From the NCBI GenBank assembly GCA_022813965.1, contig JALDZS010000187.1, positions 1-45,171 of the forward strand: a stretch of DNA of 45,171 bases, read 5' to 3'. The notes below the pieces were generated by a model. It worked only from the letters and a program-made list of their open reading frames with translations. It did not search any database and had not been told where the DNA came from. Of the stretch, positions 12,590 through 23,993 are shown one piece after another. The translations under genes were made by a program, and so were the position numbers. Origin of the DNA: Toensbergia leucococca (lineage: Eukaryota). Within the stretch, counting starts at the first letter, position 1; the number at the start of each line of letters is the position of its first letter.

Positions 12590-14120
12590 ATCCCTAAATA
12601 ACGTCACTGCACGCTTTCCTTCTGTCAACAGAAGAAATTTCAAGAAGATATATTGAGGTCAATTCCAAGCGGAACACCTACTCCAGCTATCTCGTACTTT
12701 TGCCAACCACGTCAAACATGGCCATGATATTTCTGAAACAGCCAAGCTGCTCCGCTGCCTTGAGATTTATGCACAAACTGTCTGCCATTTTGCGGCCCCA
12801 CTACATGAAGCCTTTGCCGATTTCCGTATGAAGATACTGAATTACTCAGAGGCATACACCTTCCAAAGCGTTCGGGAATGGTGTTTCAGCTTTATCGTAG
12901 CATGCATTGCTACCGGGCAAGATCAGCCGCACGCATGAAGAGATCTGGCTTCAGACCTTCAACAGAAGCTTGTTGCAAAACAAAATCTTGGGGGTTTCCC
13001 GGTTCCCCCTTCGCGCTGCATCAGCAGTTGTTCCTTCTTTCGGTCCCGTATCTCATCAGGTCTGTGGAAATTTCAATAAAGGCATACGTAGGATGGATGC
13101 TTGCAAATATCAGCATATCTGCAGTCAATGCCATATATCTAGCCACGCGGCAACTCGCTGCCTACAAGCCGCCTCTGGTGCCAGCACCGCACCTCTTGCA
13201 GGAAGGATTAGTAAATCCTGACGCCAACCTCCCTTACCATCACCACCGTCACTAATCTGCATCTCAGAGGGTTTCCCTTATGAGCACACTTCACCTTCAG
13301 ACTCACCCTTGCAATTTTCTGAGCCCCTGAATGCTAAGCAATGATGGTTATGACTAAGAAGTCATCCTGATTGTTTTTATGTCTTTACAATCAGTAATAT
13401 TATCATATGTGAGATCAAAATTAAATATTAAGACTCTATGCGCTATTAGCTCAATAAATCACATCCTTCAGCTCTTACTGTGTTTAAAGCACTTATTAAG
13501 AACCTGCAGAAACAGATTTAGTGAAAATGTGATGCAATTGATATACAAAATTTCTGACATCTTTTACAAGCTTACTGTTTCACTCTGAGAGCATCGTCGT
13601 TAGGCAGCATGTGATCAAGGTTTCAAGAAAGACCCTTGTGAATTTAAGCTACTTAGAGCACTACTTCAGACACTTCTTCTGCAGAGGTGCTGCAACCTTC
13701 ACTCAGAATGTGAGTCTAAATGAAAATAAAATCATGCTTTTAGATCACTAAAAGTCTGATTCATATTGCTTGTATATTAAAACTCACTCTGAATACATTC
13801 TTGCTGCATTATATCACCTTTAGAGTAACTAACCTCAGTGTCTATCATTATCTGACTCTGTTAGAGAACAGCTTTGCGGTCTCTTAAGAGTTTAAGAGTC
13901 TTAACACTGAGCTTCTACCCCCTTAATTCTCCGCCAGTGACATGGCGGAAGATAGTGACGGCAAGTCTGAGGTCAAGAATTCAGTCAATTGAATACTTCT
14001 CATGACCTGAATCCTTGTTTGCTTGTTTCTGTAGTCAGTAGAGTACTAAGAAACACTCATCTTTACATCTGAAACTAGATAAACAATTTATCACTCAAGA
14101 TTATCTGTCACAATTTCTTT
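12590..14120 (+). mobile_element. Internally deleted DIRS/Ngaro-type tyrosine-recombinase retrotransposon
   Basis: Gag-like ORF ends in a Cys/His finger (CGNFNKG..CKYQHICSQC..HAATRC). The RT N-terminus (PLNAKQ..LRSHPD..EIKIKY) is joined at about 13568 to a YR C-terminus, HYFRHFFCRGAAT..IMLLDH*KSDSYCLYI, a mutated GHSFRRGAAT..LGRWKSDxYxLY. Boundaries are approximate. Confidence 0.85.
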
Positions 14121-14131
14121 ACTTACTCAGA

Positions 14132-14800
14132 ACAGGAGTTGAGCTTTCACTGAGAGCGGTTTGTGAATGAGAGGGAAGGTAGTTTCTGATTTTGACGCTG
14201 TGCGTTTTCCGGGTGCCGTTTCTGTTGGCAGTGATCTGGTGATCCCCGCTCCCTTAAGATGAATCCGGCACATGTATTGATTTGTCATGTTCACACACAC
14301 GGAGAAAGGCATCCTTTTCCTAATGACAAGGACAGGGGTTGAGCTTTTGCTGAAAGAGAGAGAGTGATCAGAGTGAAGAGATGATGAGACGGTTCTGATT
14401 TCAACGCTGTGCGTTCTTTGAGTGTTGTTTCTGTTGACAGTGATTCACTCTTTCTCAAGACATACGCCGGCACTTGTATCAGTTTGTCATGTTCACACAC
14501 TCAGAGAAGGGCGTTATTTACTCAATGACAAGGACAGGAGTTGAGCTTTTGCTGACAGCGATCTGTGAACAGGAGGGAGGGTAGTTTTTTGATCTCAACG
14601 CTGTGCCTTTCCAGGTGACCGTTAATCTGTTGAAGTAGATCCCTTTTCCCTCAAGATAAGACAAACTCAGCACTTGTACTGATTTGTCATGTTCACACAT
14701 CCGGAGAATGGCGTTTGTGACTGGATGGCAAGCACAGGGGTTGAGCTTTTGTTTTGCGGAGAGCAGAGCGAGCTGTGAATGGGAGGGAGGGTTTGTGACT
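14132..14800. repeat. Tandem array of about 200-bp diverged units (starts at 14132, 14332, 14534, 14734; last unit partial)
   Basis: Recurring blocks ACAGGRGTTGAGCTTT, TGATYTYRACGCTGTGC, TCTGTTG, GCACWTGTA..TTTGTCATGTTCACACA and ATGRCAAG. Confidence 0.95.
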
Positions 14801-15318
14801 GTGATACTTTGGGGTGGGTTTTAGAATGCCTTCTTTTTTTGGAGGGAGAGTGGGGGGGTGTTGTCGGGGTGCTGGGCGGATGTCTTTTCCTCGTTTTTGG
14901 TTGGTTTTCTTTGTGGCCCCCTTTTTTTGGGGTTTTTGGTGCGTAGGGGTGGAGATTGATTGTGAAGTGTAGCTTTTTTTGTTTGCTGTCATGTTTGTTC
15001 ATTCATTGGGGAAATGGGAGGGGGTGGGGGGTTGGAATTGCGGTTGCTCGATTGAAGGGGAGAGGAAGGGGTGGGGTTTGTTGTGTGGATTGGATGGAAT
15101 GGGGTGAAGAAGGGAAGGGATGAATGGAGAGGAGGGGAAGCTGGAAAAAGGAAGAGGGGACGTTGATTAGGGTGTTTGTGAGCTGTAGACACAATATGGG
15201 TGTCTTGGCGATCGTGGAGTTACATTTCACGCACCAAAACTCATCTAAATCTCCCCCAAGAACCGCTCGTGCCACAGTCAACCAAACGCCTGATATTCCT
15301 CTAAGTCCGATAATCGCA

Positions 15319-16568
15319 TCACTCAGTCCTTGAATTTGCAATTCCGAGCACCAGAATGTCCGTCGCCCCTACAGCCGTCAAATCGTCCATGACAGTGGCA
15401 ATTCGTTTCTTCTCCACCATGCTACTGACGGCGACCCAGTCTGCTTCTTCAAGAGCGGTGATGGTGGGCGCACGTTTTCCAGGGGTGATTTTGGTGGCGG
15501 TCTGGAGGAGAGAGCGGGGAATGTTGTATTGGCAGAGAATGAAGGATTGGGCGGCTGAGAAGATGAGATGTTAGGGAAAGAGGGGTGATTTGAAATTGAT
15601 AAAGTATAGATATAGGGAAAACTTACTGATTACCCCTTTTATACGAGAGGCGATCAAATTGACTAGTTTTTGATTGGAAGGGTGTTTTGATTTGATGAGG
15701 ACGGCCGTACTGGAGAGGACGGTGGCGATGGCTTTGAGCCCGGCGGCTTTCATGGTCTCACCCGATTCTAAGGACAATCAGCTTTGATTTCGGGATTGGC
15801 GTTTGGGCGTTCTGACCGACGAGATCGACTATCCCATCCGCAACTCCCAGAGCACAGGCAGCTTCAACACTACCGCCTACGAATTTGACTTTGGTTCGTA
15901 GTTTGTTCTGTAGGGGATCGACTCCACCGACACTCGGAGGCTTTCCCTCCAACATCTTACGGTAAATCTCCGAGTTCCGATCCCTCTCCTCCAGCATGTT
16001 GAAGTACCTCTCCGTCAACCCAACGAAACTGGTAACGACGTTCCTCCCCACCAATTCCTTCGCCTGGGTAATATTACCCTTCTCCGGCACTTGGACCTGC
16101 AATTCGCACTTCCCAAACCCCAAATCCAGCACTTCGTCTACTCCTCCCCTCTCTGCAGCCGGTATCACGGCCTCATACTCAGCCACTTGATCCCTCCCAG
16201 TGATACCAAGATCGACGCGGCCTTCGCCGACAAAGGTGGGAATGTCGGCCGCGGGGAGGAAGACGAGTGCTATGGGGTGGTTTTTGACAAGGGCGATGTC
16301 CAGCCGGGTTTCACGACGAAATTGGATGTCGGAGCCCGAGAGGAGATCGAGGGTTGCTTGTTGGAGACGGCCTTCTGCGGGTAGGACAGAGGTGAGTGAT
16401 GGCGAGAGGTGGGGAAAGATGAGAAATATTACTTTTGGGGACGGCGAAGAGGAGGCGGCCTTCTAGGCTTGCTGAATTGTTAGCGGATTGAACATTGTGT
16501 TATATGAGATGGATGATGGTGGGAAGGAGATGAGAGGGCATTGTGACGTACTGATTTACAAGATCCAT
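15319..16568 (-). CDS. HIS1: ATP phosphoribosyltransferase, 328 aa, 5 exons (16568-16552, 16467-16433, 16374-15817, 15767-15627, 15554-15319)
   Basis: Spliced translation reads MDLVNHLEGRLLFAVPKKGRL..., GGSVEAACALGVADGIVDLVESGETMKAAGL, ..TPGKRAPTITAL... All four introns are canonical and phase-consistent. Confidence 0.97.
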
Positions 16569-16679
16569 ATCTGTTAATCGGTTCCTTATGTCTGGTCGCA
16601 GCTTGACAGAGGATATGGAGATGTAAGCGTTGTCCCCAGATAGAGCTCAACGATAATTGAATTGAACGCTTCGTGGGAT

Positions 16680-16686
16680 TGAGTCA
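16680..16686. promoter_or_regulatory. Gcn4/CpcA (cross-pathway control) element TGAGTCA
   Basis: Exact consensus about 110 bp upstream of the HIS1 ATG. Histidine genes are classic targets of this regulator. Confidence 0.65.
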
Positions 16687-17077
16687 AGCCCCACTCCTAT
16701 ACTTCAGCGTCATCCAATCAGGGCATCCATGCTTTCATAAACGGTTCTGCTAAGCTCTACCCTGAGAAGAAGAGACCCAAGATTGTCAAGACGGGATTGA
16801 ACAATGGCCAGCGAACAAAAATAGAAGAACGCGCTAAGGTTGGCGGCACTTGCGGGAAATTTCCTTATTCTAGAATAGCGCAACCTCATTGTGCCCTTGC
16901 CCTAAACATCTAAAATTTTCTGTGCGAAATTAAGCGATAATCTCCAATCCAAGCCCAAGAAGCCCACCACTAATCATCGCACCTCTCCCACCACCAATAC
17001 CACCTCCTCCCAAGCTTCATCTACACGCTGCGCAAACACTCCAGCTAACCCTAATCCCACACCCTCAATAAACCAAA

Positions 17078-17581
17078 ATGGAATCTTCCAAGGTCCCCGT
17101 AAAGCGTACCGTCTCCCACCTCCCCACCCCCTTCACCAAGGAAGAAACCACAAGCAACTAATAACCCCACAGTCGTCAAAGTAACCCGAGTCCTCGGCCG
17201 CACCGGTACGCTCCCATCCAACCTCTCCACCCTCTCACAACCCTAGCCCACAACAGGCCTTCTCGAAAGAAAGAGCAATGCTTATCACCTCTGCAACAAT
17301 CCAGGTTCTCGCGGCGGCGTGACCCAAGTCCGCGTCGAATTTATGGATGACACCACTAGGTCCATCATCCGCAATGTCAAGGGGCCTGGTAAGTCGCCCC
17401 TCACAAAAGTCCCTCGTCTTTCGGAACCTCGTAGGGTCCGTCTATGATCATGTTCTATGGGCCGCGAGGATTGCTACGGCTTGTGCATACGCTTGGCGCT
17501 GATATATAGGTGTGAACAGTGCGCGAAGATGATATTCTCTGCCTGCTGGAATCGGAACGTGAGGCTAGGAGGTTGAGATAA
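17078..17581 (+). CDS. RPS28: 40S ribosomal protein S28 (eS28), 68 aa, 4 exons (17078-17105, 17173-17205, 17305-17388, 17520-17581)
   Basis: Spliced translation [68 protein letters not shown]. Not present in the ORF track. Confidence 0.98.
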
Positions 17582-18102
17582 TGAATACTGTGTTACGGAA
17601 TGATGAGGGGATGGGACGGCGGCAAGAGATGTAGAAAGGGGTGAGCAGGGAAGAGGTGCGCTTAATTGATGGCACTCTTGGTCTGTGTTGCTAGGAAGAA
17701 TGGATGGCTACCATGCCAGAACTTGAAGGGATCATTCAAAATTCTACAATGTGCCCTCCAAGAGCAGGTTGACGTGATTGACCTGGCTGATTGACTAAAG
17801 TATTGACCATGTTTTCTATCAAGGTAACCGACATGAAATGGGCACGCTTCGCATGCTCAGAGTGTCCTGTAGGATGCATAGCCTATGAATAACATTCCGA
17901 ACCGTTGATTCGCCCCCTACTCCATCGATTCCTCGGGGTATTCTGCGTAATGAAACAATACTGAGGAGCAACAGGATTAATCACATTGATACTACCTATG
18001 TGCTAGGTCCGATACATAATACAGTGAACCCCCCTAAAACTCATCGTAATCGGTTCAAGGCACGAAGAAGCATGGCCATCGATGGAGGTGATTCCGTCTT
18101 GT

Positions 18103-19519
18103 TTATGGCGACCATGGGGACTCGATTAGACTCGGGAGATCTTGGACTTTGACCTCCCCTTGCAAGATTCCTGTTGATTGAAAAGTTAAAGTAAGCATCA
18201 GAGTGGTGGTGGTCAAATGTTATGAAGGGCAAAAATTTGAGCTCCACTCACGATATGTCGCGACAAGCAGTGGGAATTCCTCCTCCAGGCCTCGAACATG
18301 CAGAAATTCGTAAACTTCCTTCGCCGTCGACAATCCCTGTAGCATTTGTCCATTCAACTCTTGTTTCTCTACCTCGGCCACACTGATGTTCTTCTCTACG
18401 CTCATCTTAGCACATCGGAAGTTTCTTCCACTCGAACAACTTGTGATCAAGTCAGCCACACCCGCACTCTCTTCGGTAAAGGTTTTCGTATGTACTGAAT
18501 TCTGGAAGAACATCTTCCCAAACTTGACCATTTCGAGGAGTCCCACTCGCATGATTGCAGCCTTCGCATTATCTCCCCACTGCAATCCTGACACAAAGCC
18601 GGCAGCGAGTGCAACTATGTTCTTCAACGCACCACTCAGGGATACTCCAGCAACGTCGTTGACTACACGAACATGAAAATAAGGGCGGTGGAATAGTAGC
18701 CTGAACAGAGCATGATCCATGGGAGGAAAGTCGAGTGGAATTGCACGTAGCTTGACCTTGGAAGGAATGCCTTTGGAATCTCTATGTTCGGTCAGCTCGG
18801 TCAGTTTTTTGAGGTCGACATGCGAGGATGACGGAGTAGGTCCTTTGGGCGTAGGATTGCGAGAGTCCATTGGAGGAGGATCATAGGCGACTGTGGTTTC
18901 GGAGAACTTTTCTTGTGCCACCTCATTCGCAATATTTGCCCCGGACAAAGCACCCACATAGATGCCCAGCTTAGCACCTATCGACTCGGAGAAGAGGCTC
19001 ACATCATCGCTCGAGACGTTGACACCTTTGATGCATGATATCCCCCGAGCATACGGTACTATATGCCCCTTCATCTGCTCACACAGGCCGCCGATAAACT
19101 GGTGGGGCAGATTGAAGACGAGTATGGTCGAATCCTTGACGGCATCTTGCAGCGAAGGGTTGGCGACGAGGTTATGCGGCAGAGGAATACCCGGAAGGTA
19201 TTTGACGTTTTCGTGGAAATGGTTGATCAGTTGCGTGAGTTTCTGAGGCTCCGTCGAGAGCTTGGACGACTCGTCATAGAACTTCGAGGACTTGGGGACC
19301 GTCATGGTCTCCTCGTATACCCACATCTGCACGTTCGGATCGAAGAGGTCGGGACGGCCCTTGGTGTTCTCGGCGACGATCTTGGCAATGGCAGAACCCC
19401 TTCATTCGAGCATCAGCACGATTGTTGGCCCGGCGCTGGCAGGGAGGAGAGGCTTACCAGTTCCCCGATCCAACGACGGTCACCTTGTGCTTCTTCTCGT
19501 ACGAGCCTAGAGTGGCCAT
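18103..19519 (-). CDS. GPD1: NAD-dependent glycerol-3-phosphate dehydrogenase, 425 aa, 3 exons (19519-19458, 19399-18252, 18170-18103)
   Basis: Motifs [63 protein letters not shown]. Canonical introns. In-frame upstream ATGs at 19636 and 19723. Confidence 0.96.
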
Positions 19520-21492
19520 GGTGGGTAGGCTTGGGTGGGGTGCTTTTCTCACAATGGATTCGCGACGGCTGAGGGAGGGCCTGATGGCAGTAAGACGCAG
19601 TCGAGATTGAACAACGTGATGGACATTGAAAATCATGCAATGATACGTGCAATTCTCTTGAGAGGATTCATGCAATCTTGGTGGGAGGGATTCAACAGAA
19701 ATCAGAAACAGCCTCCCCCACATAAATGTTCCGGCAAGTGATGGAACTTTTCTATTCGCCGACAGAGCGATGCGGAAAATGATATGCCCGAGAAACGTTA
19801 CACTTGAACGTTTGGGGTTAGCGTGAAGATCTTGGACATGACCAACAACTAAAAGATCTCTGTTCTTTGTTCTTTGTTTGTTTTATGATTTCCCATTTCC
19901 TATTTCCGCATGCAGCCTGTCAAGCTATGGCAAGTAGAGTCGAAGAGCTCCATGACCCAAAGAGAAAAGGAGACTTTCGAAAACATGCTTTGCACTATCT
20001 CAAGACTACCGATACACTGACAGACATCCCTTTTCACAATAATTGAACTCACCCAAGGAAAACACGTTCGGTTCGGGCTATTTACGAAAAAGAGACTCGA
20101 GGACTGCTTTTAATACATTGACACCCCTTTCTGATACGTTTGCGATCCCTTTCAGGGGGGCTTATCCGGCACGCAATATCAGACAGGATGCTAATTAATT
20201 TTGCTTCGAACAGTAATTCTGATCTCTTTACTCCCTTCAGCTGCTTCTTCACCCTTTTGACTCTGCTACACCCCTGCGCCCTGTCTCTTCTTAGGTCCAC
20301 GTCGGCAGCTAGGTAAGGATTGAACTGTCGGTAAAGAAATGAGCAGAATGTGTTTCCTGCATAGCTAACCTGCATGTTTCTTTCAAATACAACCATTTTT
20401 GAGACGCTCGTGGTTGCTTGAATCAATAAAGGACTCAAATTTTGAATCAAATGATCCCTATGACTCAATATGATTCTGTTCCGGTCCCTTTTATGGGGTG
20501 ACCGATGCAACCTGACCTGTGTTGATCATGGCTCACACAATGCTTTGGTTGAAAAGGTACCCGGAGAGACAGATACACTTTCCTAGCCCGTGAATATAAT
20601 ATCGCATCCGGTCTTGATGATATCAAAGCTTCTGGATGGATCGAAACGGTGACTGAGGAGGCCCTCTCGACGTTGCACGAAAGTATATAAGACATGTCGG
20701 TTGACTATGGAAAGGTGGTATCTCTCAGGCATTCTATGACTCTCTCGATCCTTCAATTGTCAGGCTGGCCAGTGCAAGTCTTTGAGACTATAATCGAAGA
20801 AGCCATAGGCTTTCCCTATCGAAGCTTGAGTTTCGACAATTGAAAATCTAGCCCGCGAACAACTACTGGATTTGGACGAGGGATTAAGTGAAGTAGAGAA
20901 AGGCGCACGTAGCAATGGTTCTCTATATCTTTACCTCTGATACTAGGACACGTGCTAGAACAAGGAACTGTTGTCGAGCTTGACTTTAGTCGGGCGAGGG
21001 CTAGATGCTGATCCGGTTTCTATGTGGCAGAGTCGGGCCTTTATTTGCTTCAGCTGAGCAAGGTACTCAGGCTCATTGGGAGTTTCAATTGATAGGTGGG
21101 GGAATTGTGTGTCCCCATTTTTCTCATCATCATTACCGTCTCGTGGTGTTGGTGGGCAGGGGCGAGGTGGGGAGAGTTCGGATGTGTAAGGCTAGGGAAA
21201 TCGATCAATTCGTTTGATGGAGCACCTAGGTAGCGTTGATCTGTCTGTCACTACTAATGCATGTCGGCCGAGTGTCACATACTGATAGGCTTGTTTCAAA
21301 CTCGTGTATTAGTGATTCGTCATTTCAAGGGACTGAGAACATACCGTGTCCATCCAACTTCTCCTCCTCTCCCCAACGCATCCACCACTCGGGGCGCTAG
21401 GCTGGTGCCTGATGATCGACCATGACCAGAATCTGTCAAAAAACAGCTTGACATTGTCAGGATCATCCTGATTAGCTCAGTATGTGAGCTTT

Positions 21493-21554
21493 GCTTCTTT
21501 CATCTTCTGCTGGACTGACACAGGCTTCTTTCATCTTCTGCTGAACTGGCACGG
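21493..21554. repeat. 31-bp tandem duplication
   Basis: GCTTCTTTCATCTTCTGCTGGACTGACACAG followed by GCTTCTTTCATCTTCTGCTGAACTGGCACGG. Confidence 0.85.
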
Positions 21555-22081
21555 CCGCAAAGTTTGATTCAATGCGGCAGGGCCCTGCAAAGGGCGGACC
21601 TCAGTATCAGGAGTTTCAGATTCTTGGTCGTGAGTCAGTAGGCGTCAGCAGTACCACGCAGTATGGCGCAGGTATTCTGTTTTGTACTTTTTCCTGTGAT
21701 TGAGAAGTATTCGAACCAGATGCGAGGTGATCCTAAAAGATCTCATTTACACAGATCTTTGGAAAGTTCGAGAAATACTAGCGCATTTGTAGCTCGGTAC
21801 TATCTTGAAGACATTGAGGGGGAGTTGGGGTGGAGACGCGGTTGGGAAAGAGCAGAGGAAAGCTTGATCAGTATCCTCGCGAAGACCATATCTTCTCGGT
21901 GGGGTTCTTGCTTTCAATCGGTATGAGTCTTACTTGGGGAAGGAAGAGCTTACGATATTTAACAATACCCATAGTTGATCGGGTGGGTGCATCTCACTAG
22001 CCTTGGCCTGACGCAACAGACGAAGGGAAAATCGCCCCTTCGCTCATGCCCCACCTCTAGATGAGGATCTAGAACGGTTAC

Positions 22082-23343
22082 TCACCTCGCTAGGCGCTCT
22101 AGAAGGATCGCAGCCGACGCAGTCAATCTAGCTGCCTCGGAATTTAGCCTCGCGGCCTCATGCATAAGTCTTGCAGCCTGACCCATAAGCTTCGCTGCTT
22201 CCATCCTTGCGTCCTGAGGAGGTTTGTTTTGCTGTCCGGCGTGAACATTGGATGCCTGTCCGCTAATCATGGTGGTATGCGCTCCGCTGATGCTGGGCTG
22301 CGCAATTACCTGAGCTTGTTGAATTTGCTGTCCACTAGCAGCCGTCGTTAGGTTTCCGCTTAAGAGGCTCGGGTCGACGTTCTGGGCTGTGACGGTCGTC
22401 GGCCGATCAGCTGGAGGATTGCTGAAGGTTGAGTTTCCTAGATTCGACGGAATTACATTGTTCAATCCCGCAGCCGTGTTTCTAGTGGGGCAATTCCTTC
22501 TGTTATGACCAGGCTGAAAACATAGTAAGCAATGCATTGGCTGACGGGGTCGCTCTTCCTCAGAGGAGTCAATATCCATTCCAGTTGGCGAATCTTCAAA
22601 AAGGTCGTCATGACAGGCCATGGTCGAGTCCGAGGCAGGAGGTTGGCGCGATGGACAATACCTCCTGCTGTGGCCCGGTTGATGACATTCTCTGCATGGA
22701 CCAACGGTTTTGGGTACGAGTAACTGCTTCACTTTTTGAGCTTGCCCTTGGGATATGTTAACACACTATGTTTGCCTCATGACTACGTCGGTACATACGT
22801 AAAGCAATCTTCTGGCCATACTTTCGTTCGACGGCCTCAATGATGTTTCCAGTGGTGGTCTCTTTGGTCACTGCCAGGAGGTTTGGCACGGCTCCAATCA
22901 AAAACTTAAGTTTACAGGTTTCGGCTCTCGGAATATTCTGGGAGACCAGATGATCAGATGTTGAAGTACAGTTATGGACATCGTCACAGGTCGTCACTTT
23001 GGCATAGCCTCTCTTTTCGAGGAAATTGGCCCGGATCCGGAAAGGACAGTCGGGACTTGATCGACAACCCGCACGGACTCTTTCATGCACATTAGATGAA
23101 GATTGCTTGGACGACGAGACATGGGTACCTGTGACTGTCGCTGTCCAAGATGGAGGGAGTGAAATTGCGTTCAATGGCCCATACACGAAGGGCTTGCTTG
23201 AACAATTGGAGGTTCGGAAACTGTTGTCCTAGTAGAATGGCAGGCATGATGATCGAGGCCCGACTAGGATAATGGCGCGGTAACGAAGGTACGATCAACT
23301 GTGGCATATTCAGCAAATCGTGCACATGGTGAAAGGAATCCAA
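22082..23343 (-). CDS. MuDR/MULE transposase N-terminal DNA-binding-domain protein with two CCHC knuckles, about 386 aa, 3 exons (23343-23129, 23079-22799, 22746-22082)
   Basis: GQQFPNLQLFKQALRVWAI..RVRAGC..CPFRIRA..HNC matches the MuDR-type WRKY/GCM1-like zinc ribbon. Knuckles CRECHQPGHSRRYC and CLLCFQPGHNRRNC. Introns are in phase. No DDE core. Confidence 0.85.
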
Positions 23344-23993
23344 CTTGCGACCTTTTCAAGACGTACTATTGTTGTCGTATCATCAAGTAACAGAGGTCAC
23401 GCGTATGTGCAACCACTGAGGCGTCTTCCGGTGAGTAAGGTAGTCGTAGTAGTGGAGTCGTGGGTTCATGAGGTGAATATGAATCTTACAATACCGGAAT
23501 TTATCACTGATACTGAGGTGCTTTCATGATTACTGGTATTCAATCATCAGTGTGAGGGTACCTTAGTAGCTAGGTAGAATAGAACATGCTAGCCTCGAAT
23601 TGATGATACCGGTAATCTTGAAAATACCTCAGTAATAGAGATAAATTTCAGTAAAATATTCAATGTACCCCGATGGAGGCACCACTCCACTTGAGACTGA
23701 GTTTGGTGGGGGAGAAACGGAGTGATGGAGAAAGGTTGATCCTATCGATTGCGCCGCATGTAAACAAAAACTGAAATCTTCCTTCCAACCTGGCCCCAAC
23801 ATCCAACATCTCATTCTTTATTGCATCCTGGCTACTCCGTACTTGACTACTGGACTCTCCACTGCACCTTCGTTGTCCATGAGTGGATCATAAAGCATTC
23901 TTTCGGCCAATCCCTAGATTTTCTTTTCCCATTGTTTCTTTACTGTCAGCTCTTGTACACTATACACCAAGCAAAAATTCTCAATCGACTGTC

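Noticed and set aside
14132..14800. CRISPR array, hammerhead retrozyme, C/D snoRNA cluster or coding repeat as the explanation of the array
   Set aside because: Eukaryotic context with no cas genes. No conserved CTGANGA/GAAA core and no conserved C box. The period is not divisible by 3 and ORFs are not preserved between units.
14667..15341. Pro/Lys/His-rich minus-strand ORFs
   Set aside because: By-products of the low-complexity G/T tract.
18041..18250. Cryptic peroxisomal PTS1 on GPD1 via alternative splicing
   Set aside because: The spliced end (..PWSP), intron-retained end (..FCPS) and alternative frame (..NRLR) are not SKL-like.
18715..18890. Insertion of about 55 aa in GPD1
   Set aside because: A Pro/Ser-rich loop usual in filamentous ascomycete orthologs, not an intein or intron.
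19750..22050. Short ORFs and TGASTCA sites in the GPD1 upstream region
   Set aside because: No coherent gene model. A 7-mer far from an amino-acid gene can occur by chance.
23883..23993. GTG-initiated N-terminal extension of GDB1
   Set aside because: Pyrimidine-rich 5' UTR-like sequence. ATG 23994 has good context and nothing else supports the extension.
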